Source of the DNA: an uncultured Candidatus Saccharibacteria bacterium
Lineage (GTDB): Bacteria; Patescibacteriota; Saccharimonadia; Saccharimonadales; Saccharimonadaceae
Assembly (NCBI GenBank): GCA_938039975.1
Contig: CALHTM010000002.1
Span: 44,541-108,540, forward strand
Reading direction: 5' to 3'
Length of the DNA: 64,000 nucleotides
Position 1 is the first letter of the stretch. The number at the start of each line of letters is the position of its first letter. Positions 19,371 to 28,948 of this stretch are shown here, one piece after another. Position numbers and translations under genes: made by a program. A model generated the notes under the pieces. That model saw only the letters and a program-made list of their open reading frames with translations, did not search any database and was not told the DNA's origin.

Positions 19371-21140
19371 TTAAGCTTGCCCTGGAATCTTGAACTGAGC
19401 CGGATCATTTGATGTTGGTACCGAAACTGCTGGAGCTGGCGGCGGCGGTAGAGTAGATTCTAAAGTGTCAGCTCCGACCCCGCCATTAGCTGGTACTGGC
19501 GGCAAGGATGAAAAATCTGGCAACGGCGGTAATGGCGGTAGTGGCGGCAAATCATCAACCGCGCCAGACGATGGCGCAGCTGATGCTGCCGACAGAGCTG
19601 CATCAACGGCAGACCGCGCTTGGTCTTGATCTGAACTAGCAGGATTTGCGGCTGGCGCAGCTTCTACGCTAGGTGCTGGCATACTCGGCTGTACCGTTAC
19701 CCCTTTCGAAGAAACCGCCTCGGGCGCCGCATCAACTGGCGCAACTTCTGATAAGACATCGCGAACCGTCGGTTCTACCTCGGTCTTATCGGCTACGGCA
19801 TTAAATGGCGATTGCATTGACGGCGGCTGCGACGCCACCGCACCGCGATCGTGGCTTAAAATGACGCGATTATGCATGTCTTTTTCAGCTTTTCTAGCTT
19901 CCTCGGCAGCCTGTTCGGTTGTCGCGTTAAAAGTACCACCAATCGACGGTTCGCCCGGGCTAACTGGCATCGCTAGACCTGGCCCTGGCGCAAATGGAGC
20001 AACTGGCGGCAAAGCTAGATCTTCTTTGGCCGCTTCATCTACTTCTGCTGAGCTGGCAGCAATATCGCGCTGCAAATCGGCGACCGACGGCATATCTCGC
20101 CTATCAGCTTCAGGCTCAACAGCAGGAATTGATGCTAACTGTTCGGCTAATTTCTTTTCGGCGGCAGCGGCGGCATCTCGGCTGCTTCGCTTCTCTAATT
20201 CTTCATTGGCAGCCCTCAGAGCTTCATCGGAATGGCGCCTATCAATTGCATTCTTGACGTCGTCAACATCACCAACTGGCTCGTGCGAAATCGACAATGC
20301 GCCAATGTCGCCAGAATTTTTAGACTCATCCTTTTTGGAGGATTTTTCTTCGTCCTTGCTTTTTGCTTCAGGCACTGGAATTGGCTTATCGTGCGATTCT
20401 TTGAGCTTAGTGGCAATCAGCTGCTGGTTAGCACCATCTGCCATCAATTGAGCAGCCACGGTCATCGCCGCCGAGCTAGTATGCGCATTGCTGAAACGAT
20501 CGGTTGCTGCCACGATACCTGTCAAAAACGCCGTAGCGATTTGTTCGTCAATCAGCCGGCTCTCGCCTCTTAATTCGTTAGCCAACCGGCACAAGACCTC
20601 GCTATAGCAGCTAGCTCGCGGATTACTCCACTCCAGACTACCGAGCTGGGTTGACTCGCCAAGCGATACGCTTGCTACAACCGCATCGTGCAAAATTCGG
20701 CCATGGCTCTCGAGCGCATGATCCAAATCAGCTTCATCTTTGACGCCAATTGCCAACACCATCTCGACATTATAGTCTCCTTGGCTAAAGTCCAAATCTT
20801 TCTGGTTGATTGTCGTACGGTACGGCGTAATAAAAATCTTGACCATATCATCGACAATCTTGTAACGTAAGTGATCAGCCTTTTCCTTATCCAGCGCGAT
20901 GATAAAGTCGCGCAAACTATCAACTGTACTTTCAAACGTTTTCTCGGGCTGTAGAAATTTAATCGCTGGCGGCACTGCCCCGCTAAATACTGCCGTCGCA
21001 TGCTTATTTAACTTATTGATTAGCAGCGTGATGCCCAAAGCAGCGCTCAATTCGTCAACCGACGGATTGGCGCTAACCGTAACGAGAATATTATTACTTT
21101 CTTTGACTTTCTCTACTATCTGGTTTAGCACGTCTGCCAT
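19371..21140 (-). CDS. degenerate DHH/NrnA-like protein with long Pro/Ala-rich tail
   Basis: ILVT...NPSVD, IATAFLTGIVAATDRF resemble DHH phosphoesterase motifs, but the DHH triad is absent. Confidence 0.7.
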   Translation of the reverse strand: MADVLNQIVEKVKESNNILVTVSANPSVDELSAALGITLLINKLNKHATAVFSGAVPPAIKFLQPEKTFESTVDSLRDFIIALDKEKADHLRYKIVDDMVKIFITPYRTTINQKDLDFSQGDYNVEMVLAIGVKDEADLDHALESHGRILHDAVVASVSLGESTQLGSLEWSNPRASCYSEVLCRLANELRGESRLIDEQIATAFLTGIVAATDRFSNAHTSSAAMTVAAQLMADGANQQLIATKLKESHDKPIPVPEAKSKDEEKSSKKDESKNSGDIGALSISHEPVGDVDDVKNAIDRRHSDEALRAANEELEKRSSRDAAAAAEKKLAEQLASIPAVEPEADRRDMPSVADLQRDIAASSAEVDEAAKEDLALPPVAPFAPGPGLAMPVSPGEPSIGGTFNATTEQAAEEARKAEKDMHNRVILSHDRGAVASQPPSMQSPFNAVADKTEVEPTVRDVLSEVAPVDAAPEAVSSKGVTVQPSMPAPSVEAAPAANPASSDQDQARSAVDAALSAASAAPSSGAVDDLPPLPPLPPLPDFSSLPPVPANGGVGADTLESTLPPPPAPAVSVPTSNDPAQFKIPGQA

Positions 21141-21316
21141 ATTTTATCCTATTTGTTTTTATTCGCTATAGACTTTATGTACTATAACATAAGCATCACG
21201 ACAAAGTCAATACTAATTTACAAAACAAGCAAGCGCCACTTTACAAACAGAGGTGTATAAGTTATAATTGAAAACTGATTGTATACACTAAATCAATAAC
21301 AGAGGTAAAGGAATTT

Positions 21317-21667
21317 ATGCCACTCATCAAATCAGCCGTTAAGCGAATGAAGCAAACCGCTAAGCGCCGCCAGCGTAACATCGGTATCAAACGCGATATC
21401 AAATCTGCCACCAAGGAATTTTTGGCCAACCCGAGCGCCGCTACCCTAAGCAAAGCTCAAAGCGAGCTAGATACTGCCGTCAAGAAAGGCCTGCTCAAAA
21501 AGGCAACCGTCAGCCGCCGCAAATCAGCCCTAGCCAAGATCGCTAAAACTGCTGGCGTCAAGCTAGAAAAGAAGGCGGCCAAACCCGCTGCTAGCACCAA
21601 GAAAACCCCTGCAAAAAAGCCAGCTGCCAAAACCACAGCCAAGAAGACCGTAGCTAAAACTGCTTAA
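21317..21667 (+). CDS. rpsT: 30S ribosomal protein S20 with Lys/Ala-rich extension
   Basis: MPLIKSAVKR, LDTAVKKGLL, RRKS. Confidence 0.95.
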   Translation: MPLIKSAVKRMKQTAKRRQRNIGIKRDIKSATKEFLANPSAATLSKAQSELDTAVKKGLLKKATVSRRKSALAKIAKTAGVKLEKKAAKPAASTKKTPAKKPAAKTTAKKTVAKTA

Positions 21668-21683
21668 TTTATAATAAAGAAAT

Positions 21684-21717
21684 TAAAGCGCTTCGCAAGT
21701 CGGAGCGCTTTATTTTT
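21684..21717. terminator. bidirectional terminator between rpsT and holA
   Basis: TAAAGCGCTTCG-CAAGT-CGGAGCGCTTTA plus T run. Confidence 0.65.
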
Positions 21718-22654
21718 GCCGCGAAGCCACCCGAAACAAAAAATCCTCCAACGCCGCCCACGGATCGACTGATGAGGTTTTCATTTGATAATCGCGCTCC
21801 GCCGCTAATTCAGTCAATTCCGCCAAGTCCTTTGGCGACAGCTGCCGAGCAAGCGGCCGCAACTTCTTGGCAACAAACGGATGTATGCCGAGATCAACCT
21901 TATCGCTAGCGCCAGCCGCTTCAGCCTTGGCTAATAACACCAGCTGCGACCACTGCGACCAGACCAACGGCGCCACTTTATAAACATCGTCGCTGCGGCG
22001 AAGTTCATCAAGCGCGCTCCGTAGATTTATCGTCTCGCCGCGTACCGCCAACTCAATGATATCAAACACCGAAAACTCACGTGCTGGCGGCAAAACCGTT
22101 GCAATCGCTGCATCATCAATTTTCATGGCATTTTTCAAGGCAGCTACAGCATGAGTTAATTGTAATTGATCAATTTCGGCAGAACGCGATTTTTCATCGT
22201 CGACAATTGCTCGCGCTACCATATTACTAGCCTGTGTTTTCGTCAACTTTACTCCGTGCTCGCTTGCATAGTCTAGCAGCCACTTTTCGGCCGCTGGACG
22301 CTGGCGATCAGTCAGCGGTGTTGCTTCAATTAGCTTTGCAGTTTTTTGCAAGGTTTTGAAAGTTTTGGTACGCTTATCCGGGCGCGGCTCAATCAATACC
22401 AAGTAGGTTTCTGCCGCAATATCGCTAGACCATTCGCCGAGCTTATCCCACAAGTCTTTTCGTTCCGAGAGCCGTTCAATAACAATCAGCCGCTGTTCTT
22501 GAAATAAGCTCAAGCCGCGCACCGTATCAGCTAATTTATTCAAATCAAGACTGCTTGCATCGATTTTTTCGGGCCGAACGCCTAACGATTTCGCTAACTG
22601 TTGCAGCTCATATTGCGCACGGTAAGCGTTCGTGCCAATAATCAGATAAATCAT
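21710..22654 (-). CDS. holA: DNA polymerase III delta subunit
   Basis: MIYLIIG, SLF...RLIVI, DKRTK..K, HPFV.KK; next to rpsT. Confidence 0.88.
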   Translation of the reverse strand: MIYLIIGTNAYRAQYELQQLAKSLGVRPEKIDASSLDLNKLADTVRGLSLFQEQRLIVIERLSERKDLWDKLGEWSSDIAAETYLVLIEPRPDKRTKTFKTLQKTAKLIEATPLTDRQRPAAEKWLLDYASEHGVKLTKTQASNMVARAIVDDEKSRSAEIDQLQLTHAVAALKNAMKIDDAAIATVLPPAREFSVFDIIELAVRGETINLRSALDELRRSDDVYKVAPLVWSQWSQLVLLAKAEAAGASDKVDLGIHPFVAKKLRPLARQLSPKDLAELTELAAERDYQMKTSSVDPWAALEDFLFRVASRQK

Positions 22655-23619
22655 TTAACTTCCATCTGGCAGACCGGGCAAATATGCGTACCGCGACCGC
22701 CGACTTTTAGCTTGATAATTTCTTGGTCGGGATGGCGATGGCAAGCTTGACCTTCGCGGCGAAACACATGAGCAAACGCCAAATAATTCCCTTTCCGGCC
22801 CTCGGCATCAACGTAATTCCTATCAGTCGAGCCGCCCTGATCGATACTCAATTGCAAGATTTGCCGCAACTCATTAAATAATGTGTTCAGCTGCTGATCG
22901 CTAACGTTTTTTACCCGCGTTTGCGGATGAATCCGTGCCGCCCACAGCGCTTCGTCAGCGTAAATATTACCAACCCCAGCAATCACCGCCTGGTCAAGAA
23001 AAGCTGGCTTGATCATCGAGTTTTGACGGCGGCGAATCCGCTGGATGAAATCCTCGGCGTGCGTCTGAGGATCAAGCGGCTCCGGCCCAACCTTTTGCAT
23101 GAACGGCAAGTTCTTCACCTCATCAGTCGGTAACAATTTTACCCAGCCAAATTTGCGCTGATCGTTAAAAAACAGCCGCGACTCATCAGTAAAATCAATC
23201 TGCACCCGCGTCGACCGATCCGGCAGCTCACCAATCAAGCTATCGTTTGGGTGACCGCCAGCGAAGTTAGGCACCTTGTCATCCTCGAGTATCATCGGAA
23301 AACAATCCGGGTCCCGGTGACAAGCACGCCCAGATTTTTTCCGACGATACATCGCAGGATGACAACTGCGAAATACCAACTGCCCCGTCATTTTCAGATG
23401 TATCACCAACGAATACTGCGTATCCAGATCAATCATCAGCACCTTTGCCCGCCGCCGCACCGCCGTCACGCGCGCGCCATATAAAAATTGTTCAACATCA
23501 GCCAGCGCATTCGGAAAGCTTTTTGGCGAATCAAACACCGTCGCCCGCGCCACCACTCGGCCTGGCAGTAGCTCCGCCAACCCGCGGCGAACCGTCTCGA
23601 CTTCGGGAAGTTCTGGCAT
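22651..23619 (-). CDS. mutM: formamidopyrimidine-DNA glycosylase with ~30-aa insert
   Basis: MPELPEVE, HLKMTG, DQRKFG, GVGNIYADE, C-terminal zinc finger. Confidence 0.97.
   Translation of the reverse strand: MPELPEVETVRRGLAELLPGRVVARATVFDSPKSFPNALADVEQFLYGARVTAVRRRAKVLMIDLDTQYSLVIHLKMTGQLVFRSCHPAMYRRKKSGRACHRDPDCFPMILEDDKVPNFAGGHPNDSLIGELPDRSTRVQIDFTDESRLFFNDQRKFGWVKLLPTDEVKNLPFMQKVGPEPLDPQTHAEDFIQRIRRRQNSMIKPAFLDQAVIAGVGNIYADEALWAARIHPQTRVKNVSDQQLNTLFNELRQILQLSIDQGGSTDRNYVDAEGRKGNYLAFAHVFRREGQACHRHPDQEIIKLKVGGRGTHICPVCQMEVK
23276..23365. repeat. 90-bp palindromic element inserted in frame in mutM
   Basis: About 35-bp imperfect inverted arms TTGTCATCCT...AGGATGACAA. Confidence 0.8.
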
Positions 23620-24198
23620 TTATGCCTCCAACAGAGCGTTCAAACGCTTAATAAGCAGCTCATTATCGGTGTACTGCAACGCCATCATTCCCGCTACCTC
23701 GGCGCCTTCGCAATTTTCGACACGATCGTCAATCATCACGCATTCGCTAGCGACGACACCTAAGCGGCCAGCTGTCAGCGTGAAAATTTCTGGGTTTGGT
23801 TTGGCCAAGCTTTCCTCGTACGACAACACGCGCACATCAAACATTTTTTCTAATTCGCCTGGCGCAAATAGATATTCCAGCGTACCGCCGCCAACGTTAC
23901 TCAACATCGCCATCTTCAAATTAGCGTACTGCTGGCGTAAATTTACGATATAGTTTATCAATTCCTCGTTGCGAATCCGCTTGTGCATCAAGAAATCATG
24001 CGTCTGCTGCTGTGTCCAGCCAAATAACTCAGCAATTCCCGATTCATACTCGCTACCGCTAATGAAACCGTAATCGTGCTGTTTACTGAGGTCGCGCAGC
24101 ATTACCTTGCCCTCTGGCTCGGCCATTCTTATTAGCGTATCAATACTGCCTCCGTACAGTACGCCAAAACAATCGAAAATAACTGCTTTTATTGCCAT
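23620..24198 (-). CDS. HAD family hydrolase
   Basis: VIFDCFGVL, MLSN, KPNPEIF, MIDD. Confidence 0.9.
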   Translation of the reverse strand: MAIKAVIFDCFGVLYGGSIDTLIRMAEPEGKVMLRDLSKQHDYGFISGSEYESGIAELFGWTQQQTHDFLMHKRIRNEELINYIVNLRQQYANLKMAMLSNVGGGTLEYLFAPGELEKMFDVRVLSYEESLAKPNPEIFTLTAGRLGVVASECVMIDDRVENCEGAEVAGMMALQYTDNELLIKRLNALLEA

Positions 24199-24200
24199 GA

Positions 24201-24803
24201 TTAGAAAATATTATTAAATGACGGTTTGAAATCTGGAATCTGATTGACAAAAAGAGCTTGGAGCTTCAGAGTATCAGCGTTAAGCGTACCAGGCGAGTCC
24301 TTGCAAGTTGAAGTCCACAAATTGGTATCGGTATTGTCGCCATCGCGCGTCTCGAATACGTAAGCCAGCCCTTTAGTAGCGCATACGCCGCGAATATCAT
24401 CGTTTGATTTGTTATCAGAGGCCTGAATGTTGACCTTGACTAGCGCATAAGTAAACTGTTCATAAGCATTGCTATTATTAGCATATTCCTTCTTGTCCAA
24501 AACTCTATCCAGATAACCCGAATAAATAACGTATTTACGCGATGTTGGACTAACTGTAATCTGGTAGCTCTTGAATTCTTCATCGGCAACAATCGGACCG
24601 CGCACTGTCCAGCGCACGCTGCGAATTGGGTCTTGATTTTTGATTTTGCTCTCTAGCGACTGTTCGGGAGTTTGCGGCTGCTCGGTCTTTTTGTCCGGAT
24701 TCAGCAATGATCGCACAAGTGTTACCAAAATGGCAATAACAACCACCACAGTAATAATAGTAATGATTATCGGTAAAATTCTCGGTCGGGATCCTCTGTA
24801 CAT
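24201..24803 (-). CDS. hypothetical membrane-anchored protein
   Basis: N-terminal TM helix, Cys pair in exported domain. Confidence 0.8.
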   Translation of the reverse strand: MYRGSRPRILPIIITIITVVVVIAILVTLVRSLLNPDKKTEQPQTPEQSLESKIKNQDPIRSVRWTVRGPIVADEEFKSYQITVSPTSRKYVIYSGYLDRVLDKKEYANNSNAYEQFTYALVKVNIQASDNKSNDDIRGVCATKGLAYVFETRDGDNTDTNLWTSTCKDSPGTLNADTLKLQALFVNQIPDFKPSFNNIF

Positions 24804-24832
24804 GTTTGTATTTTAACACACTTGCCACGCAG

Positions 24833-25525
24833 CTATGCCATCACATCACAAACAGCTGTAGCGCCTAAGTCTAATCCTGCTTGTACACATCGTTCCGCGT
24901 CTGCCCCCAATCCTTCATCTCTAAGAGGCTGCACGATGTCATCGAATCTATCTGAATTTTTCTTCGCTTTTATCTCCGCTTCTTTCTTTGCTTTTATTTT
25001 TTTCTCTGTCTCTGGATCAATTATTTCATCTAGCGGCAAAAATTCATTGCCAGCGAGATCTCCTACTATGAACCCTCTATGTTTGGCTTCAGATTCAGAT
25101 TCAGACATCCAAAAAAAATTAATAGCCCTACCGTCTTCAGGATAAATCGTATCAATAGTCTTGACACCAATTGGCCAGAAAGGATATCTTCCGTGCTCAG
25201 TTTTTTTCGCGCTACTTATTTTTTGAATTTCTACTCTTATTGGTTGATCTCCCTCAACCTCGCTAGACTCACAACGAACCACTCGCCAATTATTAGATCC
25301 TATTCCATGATATCTGTTTCCAATACCCAAAACATTATCATCTGGATCAACAAACAGACCAATTAAGTAACCGTAGCCGTCTCCTTCAAGAACCTTACTC
25401 ACAGCGTCGCGTTGCTCAATGATACGTCTTAGTTGTTGCTCGTCCTGTTTTAACTGCGCTATGCGCTCTTGCCTAGCCCCTTCAGGTTTAGGGTTGCTAT
25501 TTTCTGGTGATATATTCCGTACCAT
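24833..25525 (-). CDS. hypothetical protein (AT-rich islet)
   Basis: 230-aa ORF with atypical codon usage; upstream TATAAT and SD-like AAGGCGG. Confidence 0.65.
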   Translation of the reverse strand: MVRNISPENSNPKPEGARQERIAQLKQDEQQLRRIIEQRDAVSKVLEGDGYGYLIGLFVDPDDNVLGIGNRYHGIGSNNWRVVRCESSEVEGDQPIRVEIQKISSAKKTEHGRYPFWPIGVKTIDTIYPEDGRAINFFWMSESESEAKHRGFIVGDLAGNEFLPLDEIIDPETEKKIKAKKEAEIKAKKNSDRFDDIVQPLRDEGLGADAERCVQAGLDLGATAVCDVMA

Positions 25526-25634
25526 AACATCCGCCTTCTTGCTTAAGCTAACTGTAGTTAGATTATACCACAGTTGCCGTCATTTGTCCATATTTGTACG
25601 GGTTTTCGCTAATTTTCAGCAAATTTTAAGTTTT

Positions 25635-28280
25635 TTACACTTCGCCCCAGTTATTGCCGATTTTGACGTCGACTTTGAGCTTGATACCGAGCTGCGGGTA
25701 GATATTTTCCATAGTCTCTACCAGCATTTTACTGACCACTTCAGCGTTTTGGCGCGGACATTCAACCATAATACTGTCATGGATTTGCAAGATTTGGTAG
25801 CCGAGCGGGGTATTTTTGTCTGTAGATATAGATTTGCTGCCTTCAGAGACCGGCAAATTCGAAAAGAACGAATTCGCCTTGCCGGAAAGGCAAGTCTCTT
25901 CAGGCAGCGAATCTATATCTACTAGTACCAAACCCTTCTCTACCGCCAGCATCGCCAACTTCATCAAATCCGCCTCGGTACCTTGTATTGGCATATTAGC
26001 TGCTGCACGCTCGGCAGCCGAGCGAACAGCAAAATTATTCGATCTAACATCAGGTGTCGGCCGGCGGCGGCCAAACAATGTCTGCACAAAGCCATCTTCG
26101 TGCGCTTGACGGATTGTTTGTTCCATGAACTCTTTGATGTGCGGACGGATACGATAATATTCGTCGATGAAATGCTGCGCCTCGCCGTAACTCATATTAG
26201 CAGCCGCTGCCAAGCCGTGCTGGCTCATTCCGTATAATACGCCGAAATTCACCACTTTAGCGCGGCGGCGCTGTGCTGGTGTCACTTCATTAATCGGTAC
26301 GTTATAAACTTCTGCTGCCGTCTTGGCGTGAATATCAACGTCGGTATTAAAATCTTCAATCATCTGTTTTTCGCCAGCCATCACCGCCGCCAGGCGCAGC
26401 TCAAATTGCGAATAATCAGCATTTACGAAAACATTGCCAGGCGCTGGCACAAAGGCATCGCGAATCTGCCGGCCTAGCTCGGTACGAATTGGTATGTTTT
26501 GTAAATTCGGATTAGTGCTAGATAGCCGCCCAGTTGCTGTTGCGTCTTGATTAAACGTCGTGTGGATATATCCGTTAGCGTCAGTTTGCTCTGGTAAGGC
26601 TGCCACATAGGTATTTTGTAATTTCGACAGTTCGCGGAAACGCTCGACCAACTCAATAATTGGATGTTGCCCGCGCAGCTTATCAAGTTCCTTTTGGTTG
26701 GTTGAATAACCAGTTTTGCCTTTTTTAATACCGGCTGTCGGCAAGAGCAGCTTATCAAATAGCGCGCTAGCCAACTGCGCCGGGCTAGCAACATTAAATT
26801 CGTAACCGACCATATCATAAATATTCTGCTGAACCGCTGCAATCTCTTGCGCTAATGATTTATTCATTTTTTCGAGTTTGCCGGCATCGATTTTGATACC
26901 TCGAAATTCCATTTGTGCTAAGACATTAATCAGCGGAAAATCCATCGTCTGCGCCACCTGCTGGAGGTCAGCCTGCTCAACCAATGCCGACTTTTGTTGT
27001 TCATAAACTACCCAAAGTGCTGCCATCGCCAATCTTGGGTCGTCCAAAGATTCTACGCCCGCCAAATCCACTAATTCGCGCGATTTGCGCAAAGGATTTA
27101 ACAAAAATGAGCCCTGCGCGGTATCGTGTTTAACAGCCGGTAGCCGCTGGCAGCCAGCACCGAGAAGCGTTTTGAGAAACTCCTTTGTGTCGTGGCCAAC
27201 TATCGAAGCTTCTGCTAAAATAGCGCTTGCTTTAGCCAGCGGCAAGCGAGCGACCTTGCCTTTTTCATGGCTCAGCCAAACCATATCACCATCCCAAATT
27301 ACCAGTAATTCTGGCGCCATTACCAACATCGGTATGACTTTATCGCCCGATATTTCAACAGCTGGCGCAAGAATATTATTTGGAGTCACTTCTGAAGCAC
27401 CATCGCGCATGTGTTGTGGTAATTTTCGCAACAATGAGCGAAACTCCAGCTTTTCGAGTAACTCTCGCAATTTCGCCGTGTCTAAGTCGCGCACGTTCAT
27501 TGCCTCTAAATCGAGTTTCACTGGCGCATCGGTGAATAGCCGCGCCAATTCCCTACTCATATAAGCAGATTTTTTGCCAGCTTCTAGTTTGCGGCGCAAA
27601 CTGTCTTTAATCTGCCATAGATTCTCATAAACGCCGTCTAGTGTTTCAAATTGCTGTAGTAATTTGACAGCTGTCTTCTCGCCGACCCCCGGCACCCCAG
27701 GGATATTATCCGACGAATCGCCTTTCAAGCTTTTCAAGTCGAGAAATTGGCCAATCCGAATACCGTAGCGCTTCTCAAACGCTGGAATATCAAATTTATC
27801 GATATTGGTTAAGCCTTTTTTGAGCGCATAAAGATACGTGTTTTGGTCGAGAATTTGCAGCGCGTCCAAGTCGCTAGTAATCAAATATGTTTCGATGTCG
27901 CCGTGCTGTTCAGCCTGCTTGTCTAGCGTTGCCATGATATCGTCGGCTTCATAATCGTCGAACTCGTACAGCGGCCAACTAAAGGCTGCCAACAGTTCGT
28001 GCAAAATCGGAATCTGCGCGTAAAAATCTGACGGCGCTGGCTTGCGCCCGGCCTTGTAATCAGGATAAATCGCCAACCGCCGGCGAATATTCGTTCCTCG
28101 TTTATCCCACGCCACGCAAACATAATCAGGCTCAAGCTGCTTAATTAATTCTAAACTCAGCGCCGCGAAACCATACACGCCGCCTGTCGGCGTCCCGTCT
28201 GCGGTCGACAACCCAGGCATAGCATAGTAGCCGCGATAGAACACGCTTTTACCGTCGATAATCACTAAGCGTTTGACCAT
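25635..28280 (-). CDS. polA: DNA polymerase I with ~33-aa insert
   Basis: 5'-3' exonuclease (IDGKS, EADD, GDSSDNIPGV), TGRLSS.NPNLQNIP, DYSQFELR, QIHD. Confidence 0.98.
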   Translation of the reverse strand: MVKRLVIIDGKSVFYRGYYAMPGLSTADGTPTGGVYGFAALSLELIKQLEPDYVCVAWDKRGTNIRRRLAIYPDYKAGRKPAPSDFYAQIPILHELLAAFSWPLYEFDDYEADDIMATLDKQAEQHGDIETYLITSDLDALQILDQNTYLYALKKGLTNIDKFDIPAFEKRYGIRIGQFLDLKSLKGDSSDNIPGVPGVGEKTAVKLLQQFETLDGVYENLWQIKDSLRRKLEAGKKSAYMSRELARLFTDAPVKLDLEAMNVRDLDTAKLRELLEKLEFRSLLRKLPQHMRDGASEVTPNNILAPAVEISGDKVIPMLVMAPELLVIWDGDMVWLSHEKGKVARLPLAKASAILAEASIVGHDTKEFLKTLLGAGCQRLPAVKHDTAQGSFLLNPLRKSRELVDLAGVESLDDPRLAMAALWVVYEQQKSALVEQADLQQVAQTMDFPLINVLAQMEFRGIKIDAGKLEKMNKSLAQEIAAVQQNIYDMVGYEFNVASPAQLASALFDKLLLPTAGIKKGKTGYSTNQKELDKLRGQHPIIELVERFRELSKLQNTYVAALPEQTDANGYIHTTFNQDATATGRLSSTNPNLQNIPIRTELGRQIRDAFVPAPGNVFVNADYSQFELRLAAVMAGEKQMIEDFNTDVDIHAKTAAEVYNVPINEVTPAQRRRAKVVNFGVLYGMSQHGLAAAANMSYGEAQHFIDEYYRIRPHIKEFMEQTIRQAHEDGFVQTLFGRRRPTPDVRSNNFAVRSAAERAAANMPIQGTEADLMKLAMLAVEKGLVLVDIDSLPEETCLSGKANSFFSNLPVSEGSKSISTDKNTPLGYQILQIHDSIMVECPRQNAEVVSKMLVETMENIYPQLGIKLKVDVKIGNNWGEV
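25822..25922. repeat. ~100-bp GTAG-ended palindromic element inserted in frame in polA
   Basis: GTAGATATAGATTTGCTGCCT..AGAGAC / GTCTCT..AGGCAGCGAATCTATATCTAC with inner hairpins. Confidence 0.85.
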
Positions 28281-28351
28281 ATTTATATTATACGCTATCT
28301 AAGGGCCGTTACTTACAAGCGAATATAGCCATAATCATGTATACTAAGGTT

Positions 28352-28933
28352 ATGACATCACAAGAAAAACCAGCCAAGATTTTGGCATTCGTCGGATTGC
28401 CTGGCGCCGGCAAAACCGAAGCAACCAATTTCGTAGCCGCCAAAGGTTTTCCCAAAATCTACGGCGGCGGCATTTTGTACGACGAAATGCGCGCCCGAGG
28501 CGTTGAAATCACGCCCGAATCGCAAGCCGAATTTCGCAAACAGTGGCGCGAACGCGACGGCAAAGACGTTATCGTCCGCCGCGCCGCCGAGCAATTGCAC
28601 CGCTTAATTGATGCTGGCCAGCATCGTTTATTGTTCGACGGGCTCTATTCCTGGACAGAGTACAAGTTTCTCAAACACGAGTTTCCTGGCGAACTCATCG
28701 TTGCCGCCATTGTCGCGCCAAAACATTTGCGCCACCGCCGTCTCGCAACTCGCCCCGAGCGGCCATTCACCGCCGAACAAGCTAACCAGCGCGACTGGTC
28801 AGAGATTGAGGATATCGAAAAAGGCGGACCAATAGCTATCGCTGATTATTATTTAATTAACGACAGCGATATCACTGCGTTATATGCCAAGATTAATTCG
28901 CTGCTCAGCACAACTGGTTTCGTTAACTTATAA
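28352..28933 (+). CDS. P-loop nucleotide kinase (dephospho-CoA kinase-like/UPF0200-like)
   Basis: VGLPGAGKT, FDGLYS..E, RDWSEI, GGPIAIADY. Confidence 0.8.
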   Translation: MTSQEKPAKILAFVGLPGAGKTEATNFVAAKGFPKIYGGGILYDEMRARGVEITPESQAEFRKQWRERDGKDVIVRRAAEQLHRLIDAGQHRLLFDGLYSWTEYKFLKHEFPGELIVAAIVAPKHLRHRRLATRPERPFTAEQANQRDWSEIEDIEKGGPIAIADYYLINDSDITALYAKINSLLSTTGFVNL

Positions 28934-28948
28934 CACCTAAAACCAAAA

